Below are positions 13,365 through 24,858 of a stretch of DNA of 64,000 nt, piece by piece. The notes beneath the pieces were generated by a model, which saw only the letters and a list, made by a program, of their open reading frames with translations, was not told the origin of the DNA and did no database searches. A program made the position numbers and the translations under genes. Origin of the DNA: Nemertoderma westbladi (taxonomy: Eukaryota > Animalia > Xenacoelomorpha); contig JAUCBJ010007407.1 of the NCBI GenBank assembly GCA_032718475.1, positions 17,060-81,059 of the forward strand, written 5' to 3'. Within the stretch, counting starts at the first letter, position 1. Each line of letters opens with the position of its first letter.

Positions 13365-15252
13365 TATGCGAAGAGACAGTAACAAAATACCCTGCAATAT
13401 CCTACTGTAAAGTTTGTGAATGAAATCATAAATCCGACCTTCTCACCAAAACAATAAACTCTAAGTAAGCGAATATATATATTGCAGTATTTTGTCTCTT
13501 ATAACCGGTGAGGCAGAAAACAGTCTACGAACGGACAAACTTCGATAAAACAAAATCCTGCGCAGCGAATCCTAAAATCAGGCTGACTCACTGACGGACT
13601 AAGGGCGCTCGTATACCTTGCCGCGGTGTGATTTATATGGTTGGGATAGAGAAATGCTAGCTAGGTGCAGAGATGTCTAACTAGCGGGCAAAGCGCAGTA
13701 CGGACAAAAGTTAATTTTATATATTTTGAGGTGTAAATAATTTCTAACGCGCGTTTGTCTTGATTCTAAACAGTCAAAGTCAGTTTTGCTCCTTCACATA
13801 TATAATTACTGGGTCCGGTGTGCATTTTACAAATATTCTAATTTTGTAACTTGTAGGTCCAATACTCACGAATGATAAGGCTCCTTCCCCTTTCGTGTAT
13901 TTCCAGGACTCAAATTCAGGCATAAGGTTAATACTACGCCCAGAATTCGGCAATTTAATTTACCAGGTCCCTAATACTAAGAAGAAATGTGTTAGTTTAC
14001 TACAGTAGGCGTACAGTTACTAATAGCTAGCCTGGTTTTCTTATCTAGAATTTTGGTTGCCTAGATGTGCACGGCAACTTCCTAACAGAATGTTGGCGGG
14101 GACACGGTAGATGTTAGTATCCCTAATAGCCTCAATTTATTTTGCGCCTAGTTGTAAACTGCCCTACCGCCTGAACGGTACAATCCTAATTCAGGTAAAA
14201 TACAGTAACCCTTCTGGCCTACAAGTTCTAATGCAATGGACACCGTTGTACTACAAACAGTCGCCGACGCACCTATACTTAGCAAGAGTTAGGCGTACAG
14301 TTTGCTGCACCCTACCAATGTGTATGCCTTGTACCGGTGTGCCTGCGTCCTATCTGTGTACTAGTATCTCTGCCTGATCTCCTCTCCCCCGTAGGAATAT
14401 GAAGGTCTACTGCGGGTTTTTCTCTGAATTAAGACAGTACGGTCCCTAGATGTAATTTTTTAGCGCACAGCGTGTCACTACCTCTACCTTTGATCTTTGG
14501 TCTTACACTTAGGTAGCAAGGCATTGAACGCTGTCTAACCTTCAGGCGATGGGCGAATAACTCAAGAATGATATTGCGGGTTGTCTCCTCCTACATTCCT
14601 CAGATGTTCCCGTTCATTGCTGGGGTCCGATGTTTAGCCTGCCATCCTGTCCCTTAGTTGGGTTCACCGTGGTGAAGCATAGTAAAACAGATAGGAAAAG
14701 GGCAGATGTAACAAGTATTTCTAACTTTTATTACAGAATTAAACAATAACTATTATACAATAAATGTAACAAGAGTGAAGATAGATAGATAGAAAGAGAT
14801 AACTAATGAACGAAATCGCACCTTTTATAGCAAATTTGTGCTGCAATCAATCGAGAAAATTCTCGATTGTTCTATGAGTTCTAATAGGTTTTTAAAGATA
14901 ACTATTGGTCCAGCGAATATATAACTTGCACGACATTGGTTACTATCTAATAACTGCAATCCCATTGGTTAATCTACTTCGAGCAAATGCAATTTAATTT
15001 GTAGCGGTTAATTTAAATGAGTTGAAACTCTGCACAAAAAATAATTCGCACCTACTAGGATTCGAACTCAATACCTACTACATATAATTTCCAACGCTTT
15101 ACCGACTGAGCTACTGAACCACTTGAATAATCATCGTACAAATAGATATAGTAAATACAAATGAGGACTTAATGTAGTCTTTTATAGCAAAGTTAATTCG
15201 AACAAAATAAAATTTTGAAAATCCACGGCATTTATGAGAATATAATTCTATA
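13365..15252 (-). repeat. 3' LTR of element C
   Basis: Direct repeat of 27941-29823. Preceded on the sense strand by the PPT-like CCTGTTTTCATGGAGCGG (15253-15270). Confidence 0.95.
15036..15120 (-). ncRNA. tRNA-like Pol III unit within the C LTR (second copy 29607-29691)
   Basis: A box TAGCTCAGTCGG, B box GAGTTCGAATCC and a T6 terminator. Acceptor and anticodon stems do not pair, so it is not a functional tRNA. Confidence 0.7.
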
Positions 15253-15762
15253 CCGCTCCATGAAAACAGGATATTATCGTGCATAAAATATACGGTTTTC
15301 ACCAATACTAAATCAAATTATGGAATACTTGGGACGTACTTACATATTTACAAATTAAATTATCAACAATAATACCTCTACATAATAATTCGATACAAAA
15401 ATAATTACAAATTCAAATTTACGTATTTAAGGCTTTATTAAGTAAGTACAATATAAATCTAAATTAAATTCACCAAAATAAATCTATTGCATCTCAAATA
15501 TTGCATAAATTCAAAGAATCACAAATACTAATACTACTTAAATATAAAACAAATTGCATAAGTGCGGAATAAATCACAAGAAAGGCTCACAAGTCTTCCG
15601 TCTGCTCTTGCCTTCTATTTACTGCGAATACAAATACTGCTTCTTTATAAAATATAAATTGCATAATATTCGAAACAATAAATTGCGTAAGTTTGGAATG
15701 ACTACAAATATAGCACTTTCTAAATATAAATCTTTCTAAATGCAAATCTTTACTAAATATAG

Positions 15763-16050
15763 ATATAAACTGCATAAGTTTAGAACAATATAAACTGCAT
15801 AAGTTTAGAACAATATAAACTGCATAAGTTTAGAACAATATAAACTGCATAAGTTTAGAACAATATAAACTCTTTAGGCATCTCAAATATAAAATATAAA
15901 TCTTTCAAATATAAATTCCTTCTAAATACAAAACTTTCTGAATTTCATAAAATCGGAACAATACAAATACATAAACTTGGGGCAATAATAAATTGCATAA
16001 ATTTAGAACAATATAAATTGCATAAATTTAGAGCAATATAAATTTTAAAC
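15763..16050. repeat. 25-bp tandem repeat TATAAACTGCATAAGTTTAGAACAA (about 4 near-perfect copies plus degenerate ones)
   Basis: Directly visible in the 3' UTR of C. Confidence 0.85.
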
Positions 16051-16134
16051 AATACAAATTACACAAACAATACATAAGACAAACAATTCATAAGAAAGGC
16101 TCACGAGTCTTCCGTCCACTCCTTCCTTCCCGCT

Positions 16135-17735
16135 TTAACGCTTAGCGGATCGAGCTCTGCCGCGTCCTCGAAAACTGCGTATCGGCGATTTAGCTCGTGA
16201 TATGGGACTTGTTGGGCGAGCTACTGGTTTACTTTGGACGTTGGGAGGTGGTACGACCATTTCCTCACATATTCGTCTCTTAGTTATCCCAAATCCTCGT
16301 CCAATCCCTTGTGACCGATCGGTTGTATCTACCGCTGGTAAAACGTCTGGGAACGCGCGGGAAGCGGACGACGCAGACCCAAGAGAAGCTTGCGCCCCCT
16401 TTTGATCAGCTGGTATATGTCCCGATCCTCCTTGCGGTTCTCTGGGAAGCGAAACCGTATCCCGAGTAATTCGAATAGTCGGTTCGTATCCCCTTCGTTC
16501 TTCAACGTTGATAGTTTTCTTTAACTGTTGGCCCACTTTCTGAACCCTTATGATCCTGTGCTGTCCGTCCTCCCGAGGGTGACGTGCAGACGGCGCGTCC
16601 GGAGTAGCTGGTATGTTGGTCGCCTCTAGGACCTCCTCTTCCTCGAATACGCTCGCTCGTATACGTTTATGGTAGAACGCGGCTCGGTACGCCCATGCGA
16701 CGGTTAACCAAGCTCCCTTGTTCCGCTTTTCCGTTCGGAACCGGTCAAATTCACCATAGGTGATACGATTAACGACTTTCTGGAAATTCCATGTATTCTT
16801 ATTGTCAGGGTGTATCTGTAACAAATATTCGCGCACAACTCGGAATCCGCTATCGTGAGGCAAAATATCAACTACCTCGATGAGTTCGTCATATTGTGGC
16901 ATAGCGGAGATATATCCTTCCGACATCATAGTTTGGGGATTTACCGCCCAAAATCCAAGATGCGCTCTCATCGGGAATCGTCTTCTTTGTGCCGATACAT
17001 GTTCGTCAGCTAAATCTTCCCAATCATCAAATAGTTTTCGCACGAGTTTTACAGATTCGTGTTCGTATGGTATGTCTCGCAGTTGGCATTCAGATGCTCA
17101 ATGTCCCTTTATATTGCAGTATGTGCATTGAGCCATAAATCTCCAGCAAGTATAAAATGTATGGGACCCTTGATCTCCACACCATCCACAGATTAGTTGA
17201 GTCGTAGTAATGTGCTTTCCACTGCACTTTGTCGAATGATGTCCAGCGACGCCACATTTACCACACATCGTATTAGCAGGGTACCACACTCGCTCATATA
17301 TAAGATCGCCAATGGGTCGAGCGCTTCCTCCCACACTATAGTCATAATCGTCTGGATCGATAGGTTGGTGTGTTTCAGAAGGTTGTATTGCAAACTACAG
17401 CATCTGTTGCTTCTAGTTGTCGAATCTCCGTCTGAGATTTCTTCGGGAGGTTCCTTTCAATCTCAAGAAGTTCCTCTAAAGGATCATCGATGGTCGTCGT
17501 TACTTCGAAATCAGCACCTAAGTGACCGATAGGCGCGCGCGTCTGCCGTGATTCGTCCGTAACCTCCACGATACCGTCGTGTCATATTTAGTCTTTGCGA
17601 GTTTCGCTGTACTTTCTGATAAGTCCTTTATTCCAAATATGGTATAGTCTTTAGCTCCAAATCGTTCAAATGGCGCTGCTGCTTCCTCTTGGATATCATA
17701 TCCCCATCTCGGCTCTCCATGTATCCCCTTCGCCA
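16135..17735 (-). pseudogene. 3' accessory ORF of element C: three CCHC-type zinc knuckles, unknown domain, R/S-rich tail
   Basis: CGKCGVAGHHSTKC, CGWCGDQGSHTFYTC and CTYCNIKGH*ASEC. ORFs 17098-17334 and 16135-17043 are in frame across one TGA. The upstream part is frameshifted. Confidence 0.75.
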
Positions 17736-18447
17736 TTCTTTGAAGTATGGTTATATAATCATTGCTACTAGAGGGAATACAACAGAGTTTATTGTTAGTT
17801 GTGAGGAGATGTGAGAGTTTTAGTCTGCCCTTTTGGCTCGACAACGCTCTAACCTCCTACCCATAGCCTAAGATCTAGGGTTTCTTTAATGACACGCTGC
17901 TTCTTATCTAAAATTTTTTGCCGAAATAAAAACGATTTTGGGCTAAACTGGCTGTGAGTCTAAAATACTCACTTTTTGATCCCAAACTATTATCAGAAAA
18001 TAAGCAATCAAGAGTTAGTAATAAATATAGGGAAGTCTATTATTTGACGTAACTTATTGAAACAAGACTGTGTAAAATTTAATTAAAATTTAAGAAAGGC
18101 TCGCGAGTCTTCCATTCTCTTGTTTCTCTAATTTTAAGTTCCACCCGACTGTACCCTGAAATCTATTCACTGGAGAAAATTTTAAAATTTTTTCAAATCC
18201 AAATGGATTGTCTAAAATTTCGAAAATGTCTCAATATTGTGAGTTCCAAGTAGAATTCCATTTCTTATACCTACAAATCCCGCTCCTATGTGACACATAA
18301 GGGTACTACGGTGCTCAATGTTCACATATAAAGACAATGGAATTCTACCGCTGTCTTTACTACGGTGTACAGGTACGTGGAAATCTATTTGTAAACTCCT
18401 TACTATTTACTAACATTTGTTGGAGATTTGTAATCTCCAGACTTGTT

Positions 18448-21400
18448 TCACGTCTCTTCAAGAAGTACGAGACGTTGTGTCGGTCTGTCTACTGTACGAC
18501 CGTCAATTGTCCGTACAGTCACAGTTCTTGTCACTCCATCCATAGATGGATGTGTGTCCAAAATTACACCTGTTATCCAGAAGCTTCTTTTTAGATTCAC
18601 TTCTGCCAACAGCACGTGATCTCCCGCTCTTAAAGCGCGAGTTTTGTTGTACCAGGTAGTTCTGGCAGAAATAGAGGGCAAATAATGGTTTTGCCATATT
18701 TCCCAGAATTTGTTAGCTAGTAGTTGCGTGATTTTCCACGCTTTTCTACCGTAGCTATCGCCTTCTATGGGAATAGAAATAGGCGTTAATGTGGTCGGTG
18801 CCTGCATAAGCAGGTGTGCCGGTGTCAAAGCAAACTGGGATTGTTTGTCATCGGGTACTAATACTATTGGTCTAATATTTAGTATTGCCTCGATTTCAAC
18901 AAACAATGTTGTCAGTTGGTCGTCTGTCAAGATGTGGTTTACTGGAATTACTTTTGCCATGGCTGTTTTTATAGATCTAATCAATCTCTCCCAGACTCCG
19001 CCTCTCCATGGACTATCTGGAGGATTAAACTTCCAAACAATCTTGTAAGGACGTAGTTCGTTTGAGATTTGATCATGATCTAATTTCTTAAAGGCTCTAG
19101 CAATTTCATTTCGTGCACCAACAAAGTTTGTACCTTGATCTGAGTACAAGCATGTTACTAGTCCGCGTCTAGCGATAAATCGCCACAATGCTAGTATAAA
19201 GGCGTTGGTGGAAAGATCCATCACACGTTCAATATGAACTGCCCTACTGGACATGCATGTGAAAATCAGTCCCCAACGTTTTACTAGTATATGTCCACGT
19301 TTTGTATGTATGGGACCAAAGCAGTCAATTCCAGTCTCTGTGAAGGGTGGTCTGAATGCTTGTAGTCGTGCTTGTGGAAGTTCACTCATTTCTTGGGTAC
19401 TTATTCTAGAATGTACCTTTTTACAAATAATACACATACGCGTCACTGAACTTAATGCTTTACTGGGTCTAATTAATACAAATCTTGTACGTAAGTAGGA
19501 AAGACAGTGGTGTCTTCCAGCTTGTTTCAGATGTAAATGTGCATCCAGTATCATTGCACGTTGTAATTCGTGATGTTGTGGTATTATTATTGGGTACCTA
19601 AAATCAGTATTAAAGTCAATGTTTTGAAGCCGAGATTTATGACAAATTAAGCCATTATAAATAATCGGACTCCAACTTAATATTGGTGATGACTTGATTG
19701 GTTGACCTTGACTTATAGATGTAAATTCGCGCGCGAAATATCGCAATTGATAATGGCGAATTAATTTAATTTCACATCTGTCAATCTCAGTCAATGTGAG
19801 TCGACGTGTAAAGTCGCGTTTGCCTTTAACGTATTGTACAAAACGTACAATCCACGCTAATTTTCGGCACGCTTTGGTCCAAGAATCTGTTAGGTTTACA
19901 ATACGGTCGACGTAAGTATTTGTGACGTCATCAGGTAAGTCAATGGAGAATTTAGAAGGTTTTGTTTTACTAGATGGGCCCACGAGTCCGCCGGTAAGTA
20001 TTCCCTTGTTGACTGTTGATCCATCCGGGTCTACAAGTAATTTGTCCTTCTTCGTCTTCTTACCTTGATTGTCAGTACTTTGTGCGTCGATCCCTAATGG
20101 TGGTTTTAACTTTATGGGATCACTGGGTTTTGGTAAATTTATTTTTGTGCCGATATTAATCCCAGGTCTCACCGTAGGTTGTAAGGTTGGTATGTCTCTT
20201 GAGCGTAAAGTAACACCTGTATTTACATTAGCGTAGGTACTACCCACATCTGTAATACATGAGGTTTCACTGTACTTATGGTTACTCAAGGGTGTCAAGT
20301 TTGGTAGTTTGTCAATAGAAGGCTGCTCCAATAGGGAAACTGCGGCTTTACTATGTGTCGCTACGTTACTAATGTCTGGTAGAACATCTTGTGAAATGTC
20401 TGGTAAAATGTTTCGCGGAACATCCGGCGAAACGTCTAGTGACATGTCTGGCAAAATGTCTGGTTGACCGTCTAGTAACGTGTCTGGTTGACCGTCTAGT
20501 AACGTGTCTGGTTGACCGTCTAGTAACATGTCTGGTTGACCGTCTGGCGATACGTCTGGTTGACCGTCTGGCGATACGTCTGGTAACATGTCTGGTTGAC
20601 CGTCTGGCGATACGTCTGGTTGAGAAAGGCTCGCAAGTCTTCCTGCCCTAACTTTGTGAGTTATATTCTTCCATTTCGCCTTTGGTTTCTTCTTAAGTTT
20701 CGCCGTTGTCTTTTTCTTTGCTTTACCTTTCTTTGGTTTTTTAATTTCGGCGTCCTTAGGAATAGTATTAGACTTGTTATCGTAAAGTGGCGGCCAATGT
20801 TGTGTTGCTCTTTGTAAGAATTGTGGTCCATGTTGCCAAAATTTCTTGTTTTCCGGTTTACAGAATTCCTCAGGCATCATTCCTCGCGATGCAATATCAG
20901 CTGGATTTTGTGGTCCGGGACAATGTCGCCAATCTTCCTTTATTGAACGGTCTAGAATTTCTGCACGACGGTTAGCTACGAATGTCTTGAATTCAAGTGT
21001 GTCATTGTTTATATAAAATAAAACTAACGTCGCGTCAGTCCAATAAAATATCTGTAAACTTGACTGTAGTTCAGTCTGTATGAGGTTTACAATTGTCGTT
21101 GACAGAGTTGCGGCTTGTAGCTCAGCGCGTGGTGTCGTCATATACTTAGTAGGCATTGTTTTAGCCTTAGAAGTAATGAGCGAAACATCAAACTCGTCTG
21201 AGTCTACTTGTCTGCGCAAATACGCTGTCACTCCAAAGCCGTTGTCACTGGCGTCGGAAAAACAATGTAATTCTAAGTTGTCAGGAAATGTCGTCTGTAA
21301 TGGAAAGTACACCCGGGGTATGGAATAATCCTCTAGCGAAGATAATTGCGCCTCCCAAGTCTTCCATAAGTCCACTTGTTCGGATGAGATTGGTTCGTCC

Positions 21401-24400
21401 CATGTCAGTCCATCTTTCCAAATACTGCGCATATATATTCTTGCTTGCAGTATTATTGGGCTGATGAAACCTAATGGATCGAACAGTCTGCTTAGTTTCG
21501 ACAAGCAAGACCTCTTTGTCAGAGAATCTCCTTCAGCGTCCAGTTTTACTTTCACTCGAAAGTTGTCTGTGTTCGGGTCCCAAAATAGTCCCAACACCTT
21601 GGTCGTCGGCAGTGGTTCGAACTCTAAGTCAATGTCCCCACCCCCACGTTCAGTCGTTTCGAATGAATTTACCAATTCGGTGCTGTTTGAGGCAAACTTA
21701 GTGAGGTTAAAACCTCCGCCTGCTAAACAGTCCCGTAATTGATGTGCTACTGTTATAGCACTTTCTACTGTGTCACAACTCTGTAATCCATCGTCTACGT
21801 AAAAGTCTCGTTCTACGATCCGGATTACCTCTGGGTCATACATATGTTTCTGATCCCTAGCGGTCTGTTTTAGGGCGTACATAGTGCAATTTGGGCTGTC
21901 CCTGGCACCGAAAACGCAAACTTGCATTTGGTAAGTCGCCGGTGGTTGACTTAAGTCTCCATCCGGGTACCAGAGGAACCTCAAACTGTCTCTGTCTCGC
22001 TCTAATGCTCGCACTTGGTGAAACATCGCTTCTACGTCACAAGTAAATGCTACTTGGCGCTGACGGAAGCGCATAATCACCCCCATGAGATAATTATTCA
22101 TGTTTGGTCCGTCCATCAAGTCACTGTTGAGAGACATTCCTTCAAACAGGGCCGCGCAGTCGTTAACTACGCGTACTTTATCAGGTTTGTCGGGGTGTCT
22201 CACATAGTGATGTGGCAAATAGTATGTCTGGTCTGTCACAATCTCTGGGTTTGTCATCCTGATAGCGTACCCTTTTGTCAAATACGTCTCCATCTGAGTA
22301 TTGTACTGCAGATGGGCTTTCTCGTCCTTTAATAAACGTTGTCGTATTGAGTGTAGACGTCTTAAGGCTAGCGGATAATTATTGATAAGTTTAGGGCTTT
22401 GGCTACGCCATAGCATCCCTACCTCATAATGTCCGTCTTTCGTCTGGTGGATAGTATCTTCCATGATCTTCAAAGATTGTTTCTCTTGTTCCGACATACA
22501 CGGTTCATAACTACCGGGTTCTGCTGTATCTTGTTCTAACCACCTGATAGTTTTCTCTGTTAATTCTTTGTCTAATGCAGCTTGTTCCACTTGACAGTTC
22601 CTTAGTGTGTCGACATCGATATCGACGGGCATCGTTAATGTTATTGGTGTAGATAGACTCGCAAGCCTTCCGGCGTTATCATCTGTCGTCGATGGAACCT
22701 CTGCCTGACTCGTCTTCTTTTCACGCTCTATACTAACCTTGTGGATAGGTTGCTTTCTGTGACTTATCGTATTAGCTACACACGTCGTACCTGTAACGTT
22801 GTCGTGTTTTGTCGAACGTAGTGTAGTATAGTCTATGTCAGGTGAAAAGGAATGAATCGAAGTTGTAGTTAGTAAACTACATGTACTTTGTACATCGTCT
22901 TCTTCATCACTTATATCCAGTGTGCGCACAGGCGCTCGAGTATACCACCCTATCGGAATTCTACAGGCGTAAGCATTTCCTGCTACGACTACCGATGGTC
23001 TGGTTTCCCACACTTGATGTAAGTTGAATTGGTCTGTCCCGATCAGCATTGCTACTGACCGATAATTAACAGGACATTCAGGTACACCAAGGTGTCTGAA
23101 ATACTTACGGTCCTCTAAGGATTGCTCCGGCACTGGACCCAGTAGGTTACTAAAGTCCTTGGTGGCCGCAAAAGTCAAATCCTTAAAGGGTAACAAAGAC
23201 CTCTCCTTTTCGCTATGTTGCGATCTCGGAAGAAGAGTGTCCAAGTTTAACTTAACTCGTGTCACTGGTATTGCACGTTGTCCATGCATACTACTTACAG
23301 TGTACTTTAGATGCTTACCTTGTCTGAGATCTGTGACGACATCAGCTACCTTTTCATCCACGTAGCTGTGAGATGAGGCTGAATCTAGGATAGCGTAGAT
23401 TCTTTTGCTCCCTTTTGTGCCTGTAATCTTAACGGGAATTACACTAAACCCTTTTAGTTGATCAGGCGTCAGAAGAGCGATCAATGGTTGTTCGTCTTCA
23501 TCCGAGTATATGTCCTCGTCTTCATATTCTTCACCAGAAGACCCGGATTGTTCTGGGAAGCAATCCCAAATATGTGTCACAAAGGTTGGCGTTGTTCTCG
23601 ATTCGCGCGTTTTGTACGCATTATTACATTTCGCTGCTGCTTCTGGGTGTTCCCTGGTGAAGCGTATGGTCGGTGTATGACTGTCCGTGTGGAGTAAAGC
23701 GTCGTGATTGCGTCCACATAAATGACAGGTATCCGTATTAGGGCAATCCTTGCAGACATGTCCATGTTGTGTACACCTCCAACAAGAATCTAACGGTCTT
23801 ATTTGAAGTCGTCGTTCCTCTGAGTTTAATTCCCGAAATAACCGGCAACCTCTTAATTTGTGACCAGTGTGCCGCTTGCCTAACTGCTCGCAGTATTGGC
23901 AACCGCTAAAATCTGCACTCAGTTGTTGTCGGGTCTGTTTGATTCCAATAGGTGCAGACACCTTACTACCATCTGAAAATTGTCGGGTTTCCGTCGGTGT
24001 AGCGTAAGTGGCCGTCTTGGTGGATGTCGTCAGTTGTTTTTGTCGGTTGTGTGATGGTAAGGAAATTCCTTCTGCTACGATGTGTTGGTCAGTGTAGTTG
24101 GATCGAGTCTCCACTACCGCTTCCCTGGATATTAATAAGTACACATCTTCTAGTTTTAGGAATCCACCTCTCTCTTCCCGCTGGTATTCAATCTTCCTCC
24201 ACTCCCGACGAAGTCGATGGTGGAGTCTTCCTATAATCTTTAATAGGACAGTAGGGGTGTTTCCATACTCAAGTTGTCCAATAGATCTTAAGGTTGTGAT
24301 AGCGTTTTTTATTTCGTCAGTGAGTTTTAGTAAGTCGACGGGTTTAGTAATGGCGCCTCCCTTACAGAGTTCTTCTATCACTGACTTAGCCATACTTACG

Positions 24401-24858
24401 GTGCCTCCGTAAATCAAAGTTAAGCGATCGTACGCTAATTCGAAGGCGTCTGGTACACCAACAAAGGTCTCTGCCAAACGTTTGGGTTCTCCCGATAATG
24501 TTTGAAGCAGGTAATTAAATTTCTCCCTTGATGTAAAGGCGCACACAGAGATCTGAGATTCAATATAGTCGACGAAAGTGTGCCAATGTTTGGAGCTACC
24601 GGAAAACTTAGGTGGTTGTTGCACCGGTAGTCCTTGTCTCGCTGCGAATTTAGCTATTTCCTCGGCAACGTTCAAAGTTTCGCGTCCTGGGTTGGCAATC
24701 TGGCTGGTGTTCTCTCTTCTAGGCGCTTTTCTTTGATACGATGTGTTTGTCGATGGTATTGGTCTTTGCGGAACTTTAGGATTTCTATTGTGTTCGAATT
24801 CGGAATTTCTCGAACTGTCGGTGTGAACTTCCTCCAAGCGTTCCTCTATCTGGGCCAA
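18448..24858 (-). CDS. pol: BEL/Pao gag C-terminal half, protease, RT, RNase H and integrase (2136 aa open)
   Basis: KFSGSSKHW, three Cys/His knuckles, protease AILDSAS, RT FYVDDG, RNase H FSDAS, integrase H-x3-...CIIC, GIDCFGP and SDQGTNF. Confidence 0.97.
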   Translation of the reverse strand: MAQIEERLEEVHTDSSRNSEFEHNRNPKVPQRPIPSTNTSYQRKAPRRENTSQIANPGRETLNVAEEIAKFAARQGLPVQQPPKFSGSSKHWHTFVDYIESQISVCAFTSREKFNYLLQTLSGEPKRLAETFVGVPDAFELAYDRLTLIYGGTVSMAKSVIEELCKGGAITKPVDLLKLTDEIKNAITTLRSIGQLEYGNTPTVLLKIIGRLHHRLRREWRKIEYQREERGGFLKLEDVYLLISREAVVETRSNYTDQHIVAEGISLPSHNRQKQLTTSTKTATYATPTETRQFSDGSKVSAPIGIKQTRQQLSADFSGCQYCEQLGKRHTGHKLRGCRLFRELNSEERRLQIRPLDSCWRCTQHGHVCKDCPNTDTCHLCGRNHDALLHTDSHTPTIRFTREHPEAAAKCNNAYKTRESRTTPTFVTHIWDCFPEQSGSSGEEYEDEDIYSDEDEQPLIALLTPDQLKGFSVIPVKITGTKGSKRIYAILDSASSHSYVDEKVADVVTDLRQGKHLKYTVSSMHGQRAIPVTRVKLNLDTLLPRSQHSEKERSLLPFKDLTFAATKDFSNLLGPVPEQSLEDRKYFRHLGVPECPVNYRSVAMLIGTDQFNLHQVWETRPSVVVAGNAYACRIPIGWYTRAPVRTLDISDEEDDVQSTCSLLTTTSIHSFSPDIDYTTLRSTKHDNVTGTTCVANTISHRKQPIHKVSIEREKKTSQAEVPSTTDDNAGRLASLSTPITLTMPVDIDVDTLRNCQVEQAALDKELTEKTIRWLEQDTAEPGSYEPCMSEQEKQSLKIMEDTIHQTKDGHYEVGMLWRSQSPKLINNYPLALRRLHSIRQRLLKDEKAHLQYNTQMETYLTKGYAIRMTNPEIVTDQTYYLPHHYVRHPDKPDKVRVVNDCAALFEGMSLNSDLMDGPNMNNYLMGVIMRFRQRQVAFTCDVEAMFHQVRALERDRDSLRFLWYPDGDLSQPPATYQMQVCVFGARDSPNCTMYALKQTARDQKHMYDPEVIRIVERDFYVDDGLQSCDTVESAITVAHQLRDCLAGGGFNLTKFASNSTELVNSFETTERGGGDIDLEFEPLPTTKVLGLFWDPNTDNFRVKVKLDAEGDSLTKRSCLSKLSRLFDPLGFISPIILQARIYMRSIWKDGLTWDEPISSEQVDLWKTWEAQLSSLEDYSIPRVYFPLQTTFPDNLELHCFSDASDNGFGVTAYLRRQVDSDEFDVSLITSKAKTMPTKYMTTPRAELQAATLSTTIVNLIQTELQSSLQIFYWTDATLVLFYINNDTLEFKTFVANRRAEILDRSIKEDWRHCPGPQNPADIASRGMMPEEFCKPENKKFWQHGPQFLQRATQHWPPLYDNKSNTIPKDAEIKKPKKGKAKKKTTAKLKKKPKAKWKNITHKVRAGRLASLSQPDVSPDGQPDMLPDVSPDGQPDVSPDGQPDMLLDGQPDTLLDGQPDTLLDGQPDILPDMSLDVSPDVPRNILPDISQDVLPDISNVATHSKAAVSLLEQPSIDKLPNLTPLSNHKYSETSCITDVGSTYANVNTGVTLRSRDIPTLQPTVRPGINIGTKINLPKPSDPIKLKPPLGIDAQSTDNQGKKTKKDKLLVDPDGSTVNKGILTGGLVGPSSKTKPSKFSIDLPDDVTNTYVDRIVNLTDSWTKACRKLAWIVRFVQYVKGKRDFTRRLTLTEIDRCEIKLIRHYQLRYFAREFTSISQGQPIKSSPILSWSPIIYNGLICHKSRLQNIDFNTDFRYPIIIPQHHELQRAMILDAHLHLKQAGRHHCLSYLRTRFVLIRPSKALSSVTRMCIICKKVHSRISTQEMSELPQARLQAFRPPFTETGIDCFGPIHTKRGHILVKRWGLIFTCMSSRAVHIERVMDLSTNAFILALWRFIARRGLVTCLYSDQGTNFVGARNEIARAFKKLDHDQISNELRPYKIVWKFNPPDSPWRGGVWERLIRSIKTAMAKVIPVNHILTDDQLTTLFVEIEAILNIRPIVLVPDDKQSQFALTPAHLLMQAPTTLTPISIPIEGDSYGRKAWKITQLLANKFWEIWQNHYLPSISARTTWYNKTRALRAGDHVLLAEVNLKRSFWITGVILDTHPSMDGVTRTVTVRTIDGRTVDRPTQRLVLLEET
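20385..20620 (-). repeat. 12/24-bp coding tandem repeat (PDVSPDGQ/PDTLLDGQ) in the RNase H-integrase linker
   Basis: Visible in both DNA and translation. Confidence 0.9.

Noticed and set aside
14111-14377. 88-aa ORF duplicated at 28687-28953
   Set aside because: It is antisense within the LTR, duplicated only because LTRs are, and has no motif.
15036-15120. Functional tRNA gene or element-encoded primer
   Set aside because: Acceptor and anticodon stems do not pair, and there is no complementarity to the PBS.
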